Shown here in pieces: positions 49,595-61,643 of a stretch of 64,000 nucleotides of DNA; position 1 is the stretch's first letter, and each line of letters opens with the position of its first letter. The stretch is from contig NC_043001.1 of NCBI RefSeq assembly GCF_006345805.1, forward strand, positions 88,226,001-88,290,000, read 5' to 3'. The notes under the pieces are model-generated. The model had not been told where the DNA came from and ran no database searches. It worked only from the letters and a program-made list of their open reading frames with translations. The position numbers and the translations under genes were made by a program. The DNA is from Octopus sinensis. Its lineage: Eukaryota.

Positions 49595-49929
49595 GGTTGA
49601 AAATTAACAAGTAATACTTTTGTCTTTCTTTCAGTTGCCACAGTAGGTTCCAATCACAAGCATTGCAAAATAACAGGTACTATTTTGAGAAGTTTTATTT
49701 CAATGTATCTCCCTACTAGAAGTTTTACTTTCCTTATGGCTTTGCCAAAAATAATGGGAGCTTCCTCTGCACTTGGGAAATTTACTTAGCCATAGACAGG
49801 ACACTGACATGTATTAACATTCCAGTTTGAAATGAATCTGAGAGTAATGGTAATTAAGGGGTGACTGCATGCTCCTCAAAAATCCAGAACTCCTGAACTG
49901 GAGCCTCACGACTAGATGCAGTTTAATCA

Positions 49930-49935
49930 CACACA

Positions 49936-50013
<78 letters not shown>

Positions 50014-50140
50014 CATACATACACACACACATACATACATACACATACATACATACATACATACATACATACATACATGCATGCATGTATACATACATAC
50101 ATGCATACATACATACATGCATACATACATACATATATTA
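49930..50140. repeat. (CA)n/(TACA)n microsatellite
   Basis: Direct inspection. Confidence 0.95.
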
Positions 50141-50969
50141 CACCAATGAACTGTATACCTTGGAGAAGGATGGGCTCTTACAGAAAGACCTATAATAGAT
50201 ACAAGGTTTTTAGAGTTAGCCAGTTGATTCATTGGATCATCAAGCTAACTCCAACTGAGAAAAGAAGTACATCTATATTTGGTGTACATTCTCCTCATAT
50301 TATATTGTTATGCAATCTGAATAAATATTTGATCCAATATTAACCAAAATTTTCATGAATAAAAACAAAAGGAATTTTTTTTCTCTAAATATGTGATCAA
50401 TAATTGAATGTATTTTATAATACTATTATTGATTTCTAACATTGGTACAAGGCCACACATTTGGAAGAAGGCTAGAGTTGATTAAATGAACCCAGGTACT
50501 ACATTTTATTGATTCTCCAAATGAGACAAGGTAAAACTAGCCTCAGAGGCTTTTGAACTCAGATGTTATTGTCTCTGGTAACTACTTTAGTCACCAATAC
50601 TAACTACTGCAGCTACTAATAACTAACATAGCTAATATTATTGACTATTATTGCTACCAATATCTAAACAATATTTTACACTACTATCACTCATAATCAT
50701 CAATAACTACTATGACTATTATAACCTCTCATAGCTTTCAGTAACTACTAGAACTACAAATAACCAACATAACCAACAATACTAACTATTATAATTACCA
50801 ATTAGATTCAAATCTTGCAAGTTACTGCAGTAACTATCAATACTAAATACCATCAAGAAGGCCTTTGCATAGTCCCTCACCCAGCAAGAAATGTCAGCTA
50901 AATCTTCCTCAAATCCCACTCTACCATTTTATATTTGTAAAAGACACCTTTAATAATGTAGTTCTAATA

Positions 50970-51180
50970 AGGAGCACTCAGTCATAGTTCTCGGGGAGAT
51001 TCAGCATGACACAGTGTGTGACAAGGCTGGCCCTTTGAAATACAGGTACTACTCAATTTTGCCAGCTGAGTGGACTGGAGCAATGTGAAATAAAGTGTCT
51101 TGCTCAAGGACACAATGTACCATTGGGAATTGAACTCACAACCTTACAACCATGAGCTGAATGCCCCTAACCACTAAGAT
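50970..51180 (-). mobile_element. tRNA-derived SINE family D
   Basis: Reverse-complement similarity to 63470-63620 (ttgagcaagacac, ccactcagctggcaaaa). Confidence 0.75.
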
Positions 51181-51636
51181 ATCTTTTAAAAAACCTCTTT
51201 AATAATCATTTTGGATCTATTCATTTGACGTACAGATTATTTAATTATTATTTTTTAACTAAACACTTTGAAACTTCCGATACTGGTACAATTTGTCACA
51301 TAGAATAGGGTTTACTCTTAATGTCATTGGCAAAATTTTGTATTTTAAAAGTTATTTCGTCAAAAGTTACAGAGTGACAATATACAAATTCGTGTTTGGT
51401 AAGTGCTAGTACATGAAACTCTCAGCTTTTGACTTACTCTCTAACTTCTGCTGCTGATATATATACATATTACATATATGAGTAAAAAATCTCATCATAT
51501 AATCGAACCAATGAAAGAGCCTCTACTTGGTCGCTCGACATGCTAAAAATAGCAGCCAAAGTATCTCCCTACCTGAATTACACGGCAATTATACGTAATG
51601 TCCTAGATTATCCCTAAAAAGACGGTTTGCTGAAGT

Positions 51637-52350
51637 CTGGAATGTCTTTGATGATAGGTTTCCTGTATCAGGGTTGATTTGAGGCTAAATAACAACAACA
51701 TTATGGTAAATTTCTATATTAACACCTGCACGATTTTCACTAAGAAAAAACCCCAAAAAATTGGATTTTTTGCAGGGAATCAAGTACCCTGACCTCCTAA
51801 TATGCTGCAAATCCCTTCATTTAGTTCGGAAAAAATGGGGGTGAGACAAGGGGGGACCCGCCCCTCTCCAATCCCGGAATCATTGGAAATTTTTTTTTTT
51901 GGTTGAATGAGTTCCTGTGACCTCCTAATAGGCTACAAAACCCTTTTTTCGGGTCTAAAAAATGGGGTGGGGTGAGGTGGAAGCCTTTTTTTTTTCGAGC
52001 TTAGTGAAAATCATGCAGATGCAAAGATCAATGGGGGTGGGGATGGGGTGAAATTTTCCAGGCTTCCACCTCATCCCACCCCGTAATGGGTTTTGTAGCA
52101 TATTAGGAGGTCACAGGAATTCATTCAACGGGAAAAAAATTTCCAATGATTCTGGGATGGAGGAATCCCCCTCCTTTTTGCCAAACCAGAATAAGGGATT
52201 TGCAGCATATTAGGAGGTCAGGGTACTTGATTGCACGCAGAAAGTCCAAATGAAAATCGTGCAGGTGTTAATATAGAAATTTACCATAATTTTGTTTTTC
52301 TGCCTCAAATCAACCCTGATACAGCAAACCTATCATCAAAGACATTCCAG
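51637..52350. repeat. Imperfect inverted duplication (51637-51986 / 52060-52350)
   Basis: ctggaatgtctttgatgataggttt / aaacctatcatcaaagacattccag; gtaccctgacctcctaatatgctgcaaatccctt / aagggatttgcagcatattaggaggtcagggtac. Confidence 0.88.
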
Positions 52351-52610
52351 CCAGGTAAAAATCCCTGCCATTAATTTGGCGTGGATGGATAATCAAATAA
52401 TTCAATCACAACATATATTTAAATTAAACTTGAAAAAAATTGAAATATTATCATCACTTACATGGAAAAATTGAAATATTATCTTTCAGTATTTTATAAG
52501 GTAAAATCTTAAATTATTAATTGATACATTATTAATTATCTTATAACAGCAATGCCTTGAAAAATCATGGATTACATGGAAAAATGTGAGCATAGAAAGC
52601 AATATTCTTA

Positions 52611-53051
52611 AGATTATAAACCTGAAAAAGTACAGGACAAGTTATTACACCTGTAAAAGTATAGGACAAGCTATTACTTCTAGTAAAGTAAAGAATAAGA
52701 TATATTTTACTGAAAACATTGCAGCTAAAATTAAAATTTGAATATTAAAAATTACTTATTTATAGTTTACAAATAACACTATACTTATTTAAGTAGAATT
52801 TGGCTAATTTACTACCTTGAATGCAGAAAAAAGTGACTAATTAGACAAACTTATAAATTAGCTGAACAGTTTTGTACAATAAATTTAAAAGATGAGAACT
52901 GTAAAGAGTGATAAATTAGAAGAACTGGCATTCTTTGTTGCTATATTTTAAGTAAATAGTTTCTTATTCTTTACTTTACTAGAAGTAATAGTTTGTCATA
53001 TAGTTTTACAGGTGTAATAACTTGTCCTGTACTTTTCCAGGTTTATAATCT
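52611..53051. repeat. Inverted repeat (~100-115-bp arms) ending at the Gypsy LTR
   Basis: agattataaacctgaaaaagtacaggacaagttattacacctgtaaaa and its reverse complement at 53004-53051. Confidence 0.88.
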
Positions 53052-53345
53052 GTGGTGTCGGTGGAGAGGACGACAGATAGGGGAGGGCGGAAGTAGGGCT
53101 TGCAGGGCGCATGCGCTGCAGGAAGCAGAAGCGGTGATGGACGACGCACGTGTGGCATCAACGAGGTGGGAGTTGGAGCTGAGACACGGAAGCAACTGGA
53201 CGCTGAGTTTGGTAGACTAATCTTCGCCGAGGTAAGACCTAATTATATTTCCTTTCACCTTTTCTGTTGTCCTCTTCATCATTCACACGACAAGCTATGT
53301 TGGCATATAAACAAAAACAATTCTCACACAGTTTTATAAATAAAA

Positions 53346-54074
53346 ATGATGATGAGTGCCCGTATTTCGCACGAAATTATAAAACCGTTTTGCGGCGACA
53401 CGGATGTAGTCGCTTGGTTGAAGAAAGTGAAGTTGGTGGCGAAGCTCCATGGTATAAGTGACCTGGCGAGCTTCATGCCGCTGTACTTGGATGGACCGGC
53501 GTTGGCGTTGTATTTAGAGATGGAAGAGACAGACCAACTCAACGTGGAGAAAGTGGAAGTCCGGTTGATGGAGGCCTTTGCAGAGGGAATATTCGAGGCA
53601 TACACTCGCCTGGGTAGAACAAGATGGACTGGGCAACAGGTGGACGTGTTTGCCAATGAACTTAGGAGATTGGCTAAACTGGCGAGTTACGAGGGAGAGT
53701 CGCTGGACCGGACAGTTAGGTTGGCGTTCGTGACTGGCTTTCCTGACAACATGTCGGTCAAGCTACAGCAGCTTCCGAATGTGCATTCGATGCCGATGGC
53801 GGACATCATATCTCGGGCATGCGTACTGGTTTCGTGCAGCAGGATGACGTCGGTAGCAGCGACTGCAACATCGAAAAGTGGCCCAGCTAGGAGCAGCAGA
53901 GAGGGGCTAAAGAAAGAACATGTGCAACCGTTCAAAGGACAGTGTTTCCGGTGCCAAGGTCCACACGTGGTGCGTGACTGCGTGTCACCCAAGCCTGAGG
54001 TGATTTGCTACTGGTGTTGAGAGCCGGGGCATATAGCCAGCAAGTGTCTGCGGGGAAACAGACTGCGCCGGTAG
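53346..54074 (+). pseudogene. gag: Gag with two zinc knuckles; premature TGA at 54018-54020
   Basis: CFRCQGPHVVRDC and CYWC*EPGHIASKC; natural stop TAG at 54072-54074. Confidence 0.88.
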
Positions 54075-54108
54075 TTGTCCCTTCGGATCAGTAGAGGCGC
54101 GCTTATCA

Positions 54109-54725
54109 GTGCTACCTGTGGTTGACATTCTGGTGGAGGGGAAGATGTCACGAGCCCTTGTGGACACGGGCTGTACAACAACCCTGATGACTACAGAAGT
54201 GGCAGAGACATGCAGTGGAGGAAGCAGTGTTAGAGCTGTTGACGGAAGAGAAGTACACTGCGAAGGGGTTACAGATGCGCGGATTGTGGTGCAGGGACTA
54301 CAGCTGACGCTGCGAGCGATCGTGGTTGGTCACTTGGTGGATGAGATCGACTTGGTGATGGGGATGGATGCAATCACCTGCTTGGGAGGTGTCACTGTTA
54401 ACGAGGCTGGTGTAACATTTGGGTCGGCGGGGAAACCGTGTAGGGCGAGAGCATGCACCGGCGACAACCGTGAGGAAAAGCATGCTGCGCACGCCATTGA
54501 AGACCAGAATTTTCGGGCTGTCTTTGATGGCAAGAGGTGGACAGTGGAGTGGCACTGGAAGGGAGAGCCCCCGATGTTAAAGAATAAAGTGGGCTGCTAT
54601 CAGCATACTCTGAAAGGAGATGCCAGAAGTGAGTTCGAGGGGGAGGTGGAGCGGTGGATTAAGGAGGGCATATTGATCCCCTGGGAAAAAGAAGAGAGCG
54701 GAGTCCTGCCACTGATGGTGGTGAT
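54109..54725 (+). pseudogene. pol: Aspartic protease and N-terminal RT fragment
   Basis: ALVDTGCTTTL (DTG); EVERWIKEGILIPW...VLPLMVV, then breaks off. Confidence 0.88.
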
Positions 54726-54776
54726 TTGGACAGTACTCGCGTGTATGTGCACACACACGCAGCTGTATATGCATGC

Positions 54777-54817
54777 ACTAGCACTATGACCCAGCAACGC
54801 CGGGTCATAGTGCTAGT
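54777..54817. other. Perfect 16-bp GC-containing hairpin with CTAG termini (Helitron-end-like)
   Basis: actagcactatgaccc-agcaacgcc-gggtcatagtgctagt. Confidence 0.6.
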
Positions 54818-54930
54818 ATATATAAATATATACCAGACTATCAGATGTTGTTACACATCGCTGGTCACAATGCGCTCGCATTGTTTTAGCCTTCGAATGA
54901 CGCCACCTCGCTGGCTAAGCGAGCAGGCCA

Positions 54931-54964
<34 letters not shown>

Positions 54965-54968
<4 letters not shown>

Positions 54969-55090
54969 CAATGAGCTCAAAAACAAGACAATACTAATAA
55001 TACAAGTTTTAACAAATGTATTAGTTTAATTCTTAAAAAGAGGGGAAAGAGTTTTGACGTTTTGGATGCTAGTTCTTCATCAGAAAAAAT
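54965..55090 (-). mobile_element. (TA)n-abutting repeat with decayed hammerhead, related to the 1-130 family
   Basis: TTTT-CTGATGA-AGAACTAGCATC-CAAAC-GTC-AAAA; shares aaactaatacat. Confidence 0.5.
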
Positions 55091-55829
55091 AAAGGAACCA
55101 AAAAATGTGCTAGGAAAAGTGATTACACAAGCTACTTTCAGTTTCTATCGACCGAATTCAGTTATAAGGGTTTGGTTGGCCTGGGGCTATAGTAGAAGGC
55201 AGTTTCCTAAGGTGGTGCACAGTGAGACTAAACCTAAAACCATGGGGTTGGAATGTAATCAATTCATTCAACAAGAATAGAGATGAAATAGTGACACCTG
55301 CTTTTTATTTTATTTTTTTTTACTGGATAGATAATTTGGATAGACACAATAATGTAGTTACTAAAAAAGGCAGATAGGTAGAATGAAATAAAAAAAGTTG
55401 TTCCGCTGATGACTTGAAAAAAACGACTGGTGTATCAATGACTAATTCTTGAAAGCATTGAAAGAGTTAGATATATTGAAAACAAATAACAGATTATCAA
55501 CAGTCACTGACAAAAGTTTTGTTGCAGTGAAGTAAGCCATACATTTGTGTCTACCTTGTCAAATGTTCACTGTTATTCATTATTAAGTGATTTTGCAACT
55601 GCAACACAGCTTTTATTGGTTATTTAGTTATATGTTTACAATGTAAACATAAACCCACTCACTTTGATAACAATTTTTATTGCAACATGCTACATGCAAT
55701 ACATCATTGAAATATCTGATATATTATTTCTCTGTCTAGATTTTTTTAAATGTTGTTCTCTCTACTATATTGTTTAAGATGTATCGTGGAAGTGGGCAAC
55801 ATTATATGTGTGGGTAGTAGTAGCAGTGG

Positions 55830-55990
55830 TTGCAGCAGCAGCAGTAGCAGCAGTGCGTGGTGGTGGTGGTGGTGGTAGTGGTGGTGGTGGTGGTGGTGGT
55901 AGTGGTGGTAGTGGTGGTGGTGGTGGTGGTGGTAATTGTTGTGGTGGTGGTGGTGGTGGTAATTGTTGTGGTGGTTGTGGTGGTGGTGAT
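55830..55990. repeat. (GGT)n trinucleotide repeat
   Basis: Direct inspection. Confidence 0.97.
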
Positions 55991-56369
55991 AATAGCAGGT
56001 TTGTTTGCTTTTTTAAAAATCAGTTTTATTCTCTTCGTGCACACTTGGCACCTTTTTTTTAAACTGAATTTCACGTCACTTCCTACAATGAATCTGGGTA
56101 CTGTATAAAACAGTGTTTCTGGTTGTTTATCATCTGCATTGGTCTTCTATACACAAAATTGCATTTGTAGGTATGTTCCCTGCTGAGTAGCATTTTGGCT
56201 TAAGGCATTAAAACCTTAGTTGTGGTGGAGGTTGTAGTAGTTGTAGTAGTAGTATTTGGAGTTGTTGTTTAGCAGCAGGTCAACCTTGATTGAGCAAACT
56301 TATAACAAAAGCCTATCTAGACATAACTATATTATATTTTGAAAATATTAGCCATGAATAAGGTAGCAC

Positions 56370-56777
56370 CATGAATACTTACTGGCTGTGTGGTAAGGAA
56401 GCTCACTCTGCCACTACGTGGTTTCAGATTCAGTCTTGCTGAGAGGCACCTTGGGCAAATGTTTTTTACCATAGCCTTGAGATGATCAAAGCCTTGTGTG
56501 TGAATTTGGTAGATGTAAACTGTGTGGAAGTACTTCAGATCTATGTGTTTATTTGTGCCCCTCCACTGCTTAGGTACAAGGCCCGGAATGTTTTGTGGGG
56601 AGGGAGCCAGTCGATTAGATCGACCCCAGTATGCAACTGGTACTTAATTTGTAGACCCACAAAGAATGAAAGGCAAAGTCGACCTCAGCAGAATTTGAAC
56701 TCAGAACATAAAGACAGACGAAATACTGCTAAGCATTTCACCCAGCGTGCTGACGTTTCTGCCAGCTCATCGCCTTA
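56370..56777. mobile_element. SINE B head (+, 56370-56540) facing SINE A (-, 56575-56777)
   Basis: Similarity to other copies in the window. Confidence 0.8.
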
Positions 56778-56859
56778 ACTGATAAAAGATATTATAAGGA
56801 AAATATTCTAAAGAGACTTTGTTCTTCATTCTTTTCTGTCTGGCTTTAACAACTTAAGC

Positions 56860-57545
56860 CAAGATGCTAATCGGGGTGGATATACTTCCAAATGCACCTT
56901 TGTTGGTAACAAAAGGCCACTCGCTTAGAGTGAAAAGCAAATTGTATGACACCTCTGAGCGAATAGCCATGCTACATGGCAGTGAAATATGGGCTGCGAC
57001 TGTAGAGGACATGTGAAGGCTTGAAAGAAATGAAACTAATATGCTTTGCAGGATGTGGATTGTCAATGTGCATGTATGATAGAGTGTAAGCATCTTGAGA
57101 GTAAAATTGGGCATAAAAACATCAGAAGTGATGTGCAAGAGAGAAGACTGCACTGATGTTTTGTATAGAAGTGCCGACCTCTAACTGTGGAGGGAATGTG
57201 TGGAAGAGATAGACCTAGGAAGACATAAGACAAGGTGGTAAAGCATGATCTTTGAATGTTGAATCTCATGGAGGCAATGACAAGTGATTGAGACCTTTGG
57301 TGATTTTCTGTACTTGAGAAAACATGTCAAGTCAAGAGGAATTGTAGTCATGGCCAGTGCCAGTGATGTAAAAGGTGCCCATTACATTCTTGGAGTGGTT
57401 TGTGTTAGGAATGGTGTCTAGTCATTGAAACCAAGCCAATCCTGACTGAAGCCTGGTACAGCTCTCTTGCTTACCAGTTCCAGTCAAACCATCTAACCCA
57501 TGCCAGCATGGAAAATGGATGCTCTAAATAATGATGATGATGGTA
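56860..57545 (+). mobile_element. 5'-truncated RTE LINE 3' fragment
   Basis: Degenerate KGKLYDT...LHGSEIWAATVED; 3' tail cccatgccagcatggaa followed by (GAT)n. Confidence 0.85.
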
Positions 57546-58444
57546 ATGATGACTGAAGATGATAAACAACTAGAAAGATTGTTTATACAGTACCAAGACT
57601 CAGTCTAGGAATTTACATGAAATTCTGTTTAAAAAAAAGGTGCCAAGTCAGCATGAAGAGAGAAAACTGATTAAAAATGCAAACAAACCTACAATTACCA
57701 TGTTAAAGAAACAGAGATAAGAGAATTATACGAAACACAGGGTTACAAATATTTAGGAATTAATGAACAGTGTACAATGCATCATCGTCATCATCATCAT
57801 CGTCATCGTCACCACCACACATCATCATTGTTGTCATCATTATTATCATCATCATCATCATCATCATCATCATTATCATTTTAATGTCCATTTTTCATTG
57901 AGAATAAGAACAAATATGCAAATATTCATTCCTGGTTTCACTGTGGACGGTGTAAACAACACTGTTTTTTAATAGTTGGCCAATATAAGTACTGACCAGC
58001 ATACAATTCTGTTCACTGAAAGCATAAACAAAGCCAGCAGGTTTTGCAAGTCTCAAAGTTCCAGTTAATTCTGTTTGATGGGACACAGCATGTTGAAACA
58101 CTGGTGTCCTAGAATGCTATGCACTAATGAGAAGAGTATATTGAACATACTGTTGTCTAAAAGGAAGAAGTTATTCTCCTAAGACATGCACTACAGTACC
58201 TAGCATATTTTGTGTCTGAACCTGCCTAGACATGTTAATAGATATGCAAATATTCATTCCTAATTTCACAGTAGACAGTACAAACAACAGTGTTTCATTT
58301 TTATTTAAATATATAGGTGAAGGCATGGCTGTGGGGTAAAAAGCTTGCTTCCCAACTGTGTGGTTCTGGGTTCAGTCCCCACTGTGTGGTACCTTGGGCA
58401 AGTGTCTTCTAGTACATCTTCAGGCCAACCAAAGCTTATATATA

Positions 58445-58835
58445 TATATATATACTTTTTTAAAAACGAACTATTTTGATATATATATATGATATATTTT
58501 TAATCAAGATGTAAAGAAATTTTTTTAATTCATTGATATGTTTTAGTAATTCATTTCGATTACCTATTTTAGTTGATTTCTTTATACTTTTTCTTGACAG
58601 GCCCTTCTATATATTTTGTATTTTTATATGTGCATATATATTTTTTACCTTCTGTGCTTATATATATATTTCTTTTATATGTTGAAGGCGATGGTATTTT
58701 TTGTATATATGCTAAAATGAGGTAATATAAAGTAATATAAAGCTGTTGGCCCGAATTTGACATTTGTTCACTAATTGGTGATTTTTTTGTCTCTGTCTCA
58801 ATTTCACTTGGGCACTTCTTTTTACAGTCATATAT
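58445..58835. mobile_element. Single-arm copy of the 8116-8900 fold-back family
   Basis: ttttgtatttttatatgtgcat...accttc...gtctctgtctcaatttcactt shared with 8665-8870. Confidence 0.8.
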
Positions 58836-58844
58836 ATCTTTTTT

Positions 58845-59205
58845 GGTGGGGGTTCAGTCCCACTGTGTGGCACCTTGGGCAAGTGTCTTCTACTATAGTC
58901 TCGGGCCAACCAAAGCCTTGTGAGTGGATCTTGGTAGACAGAAACTGAAAGAAGCCTGTTGTATATGTGTGTGTGTGTCTGTTTGTGTATCTACGTTTGT
59001 CTCCCCAACATGGTTTGACAACCGATGCTGGTGTGTTTATGTCCTCGTAACTTGGCAGTTCAGCAGAGGAGACTGATAGAATAAGTACTAGGCTTACAAA
59101 GTATAAGTCCTGGGTCAATTTGCTCAACTAAAAGGTGGTGCTCCAGCATGGCCACAGTCAAATGACTGAAACAAATAAAAGAATAAAAGGATAAAAGAAT
59201 ATATA
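58845..59205 (+). mobile_element. SINE family B
   Basis: Similarity to 1197-1620. Confidence 0.9.
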
Positions 59206-59208
59206 TAT

Positions 59209-59410
59209 TAGCATGGGTTGGACGGTTCGACCGGGGATCTGGGAAGCCAGAAGGCTGCACCAGGCTCCAGTCTAATCTGTAGAAACATTGCCAGATTAGA
59301 CTGGAGCCTGGTGCAGCCTTCTGGCTTCCCAGATCCCCGGTCGAACCGTCCAACCCATGCTAGCATGGAGAACGGACGTTAAACGATGATGATGATGATG
59401 ATGATGATGA
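59209..59410 (+). mobile_element. Very short RTE insertion with a perfect 71-bp inverted self-copy (arms 59209-59279 / 59292-59362, 12-nt loop) and (GAT)n tail
   Basis: Arms checked base by base; sequence matches the RTE 3' terminus at 10430-10530. Confidence 0.93.
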
Positions 59411-59440
59411 TATATATGTATATAAATATATCAACAGTTT

Positions 59441-59483
<43 letters not shown>

Positions 59484-59944
59484 CACATACTTACACACAC
59501 ATGTATATAAATTTTGATTTCTAGCAGTTGTGCTAAATAGTTTGTAAGCAATCTAAAACTCAAAGTGAGAAAACAATTTGAAAATCCAAGATTTTTTAAT
59601 CACTACAACCAACTTCATTCACTGAATGGCTTTGGACAAACTCAAAGAACCAAAAACCTATTCACACCCCAAATTTACTTATACACACTTGTTCTCTCTG
59701 AGCTGTGTTTTCTCTTTCTCTCTTGCATCATTACTTCTGCTATAGTCTTGGTTCCTTATATCATGCTAAATCCATTAAACCCTCCTGTTTCCCCTATTTG
59801 TCTTTTTACCTGCCATGCAATTGTCTCACACAAGCTTAGCTCTATGCTAAACATTTTGATGAATTCTTTTTTGTTTCATAGCTGTCATCCACTCAGACTA
59901 CCTCTCTAACTTTATCTGCGTTTCATGATGATTGCTGTTATTCC

Positions 59945-60167
59945 AGTATTCTTTTATTCTTTTACTTGTTTCAGTAATTTGACTGCAGCCATGCTGGAGC
60001 ACTGCCTTTAATCAAGCAAATCAACCTCTTCTTTGTAAGCCTAGTACTTGGTCTATCGGTTTCTTTTGCTGAACCGCTAAGTTACGGGGGATGTAAATAC
60101 ACCAGCATCGATTGTCAAGTGATGTTGGGGGGACAAACACAGACATACAAACATACACACACACACA

Positions 60168-60239
<72 letters not shown>

Positions 60240-60400
60240 CACAACGGGCTTCTTCCAGTTTCCATCTACCAAATCCACTCACAAGGCTTTGGTCAGTCCA
60301 AGGATATAGTAGAAGACACTTGCCCGGAAGACATGCAGTGGGACTGAGCCTGGAGTCATGTGGTTGGTAAACAAGCTACTTACCACACAGCCACTCCTTC
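59945..60400 (-). mobile_element. SINE family B, near full length
   Basis: Reverse complement of the family B head, internal microsatellite and tail. Confidence 0.9.
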
Positions 60401-60884
60401 ACAAACATATATCTTTCCTATATTTTGATATATTTCCTCCCAGCAGTAAAAATATGGATTTTTATATATGTACAAGGCCACTAATTTCAAGAGAGCTTAT
60501 AATTGGTTGACTTGATCCCATTATTATTATAATGGTAGAAAAGTAAAAAAAAGAAAACATATTTTCTAGGGGACATGTTCAAGACAGTATAGTGATAGAA
60601 GCCTCGGGGAAGATGGGTAAGAACATGATCCCACCCAATGTGAGTATCATAATGTGAGAGAACTGAGAAAGGACAGGTAGCAGGACATAGGTGGTTGATG
60701 CATGCAGTAGAGAGATATAGATATTCAACATGTACATATTGAGTGCTAAATTAGGAGTTACAAAGCACAGTGAGTGGAAGAGACAGATATATGTATGTGG
60801 CCATTACACTATTCTGCAAATCGTTTGACTTCAACATGCTACCAATTCAAACATCAACTTAACTTCATTCAGTCATACAATATG

Positions 60885-61095
60885 GCTTTCAAATTTTGGC
60901 ACAAGGCCAGCAATTTCGAGAAAAGCAGGTATGTCAGTTAGATCCATCCAATGCTCAACTGGTACTTGTTTGATCGGCCTCCAAAGGGTGAATGGAAAAA
61001 CTCACCTCAACAAAATTTGAACACAGATGTAAAGACAGAAGAAATGCCATGAAGCATTTTGCTCAGCATCCTAATGTTTCTGCCAGCTTGCCACC
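60885..61095 (-). mobile_element. SINE family A
   Basis: tttcaaattttggcacaaggccagcaattt...tttctgccagc. Confidence 0.8.
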
Positions 61096-61596
61096 TTCCA
61101 ATTTACAAAATTAATGATTCTTAATATAACTCAGTGCATTTAGAATAAAAAGCAGGAAAAGCATAAGTTTCATATATAGTTCATAATTCAGTCATCCTCT
61201 ACATCTGTTTCACTGGCGTAAAACATCATGGTTTATATAATTACATAATTAAAATACATAATTGATTTAAAAGTGATGTGTTACCCATATCTTCATGAAA
61301 AAGAAACATAGTTTTGCTGTCTCAATGATCTTTTACACCGATCCTGTATACACATGCAATTTTATTCCACCAGGATTTACTGCATTGTAATAACATATCT
61401 GTATTTAATATTAACTGAGCTCTTAATTCCCATGGATATAATTTTTGATGTTTATACATTAATTCTATATATAGATCCAATCAAGGTATAAAGTTGATTT
61501 CAAACAATAACAAACTTATAATTGATGTTAATGAAACTGGCTCATTAACTTGCATCACCAGTTTATTTTTTATTATTATTATATTATTTTTTTTAT

Positions 61597-61643
<47 letters not shown>

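Larger units (their letters stand above)
53051..54725 (+). mobile_element. Truncated Gypsy/Ty3 LTR retrotransposon (putative 5' LTR 53051-53292, gag, protease, start of RT)
   Basis: TGTGGTG...CACGACA ends; GC-rich block; gag and pol ORFs; no clear PBS, no 3' LTR. Confidence 0.88.
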
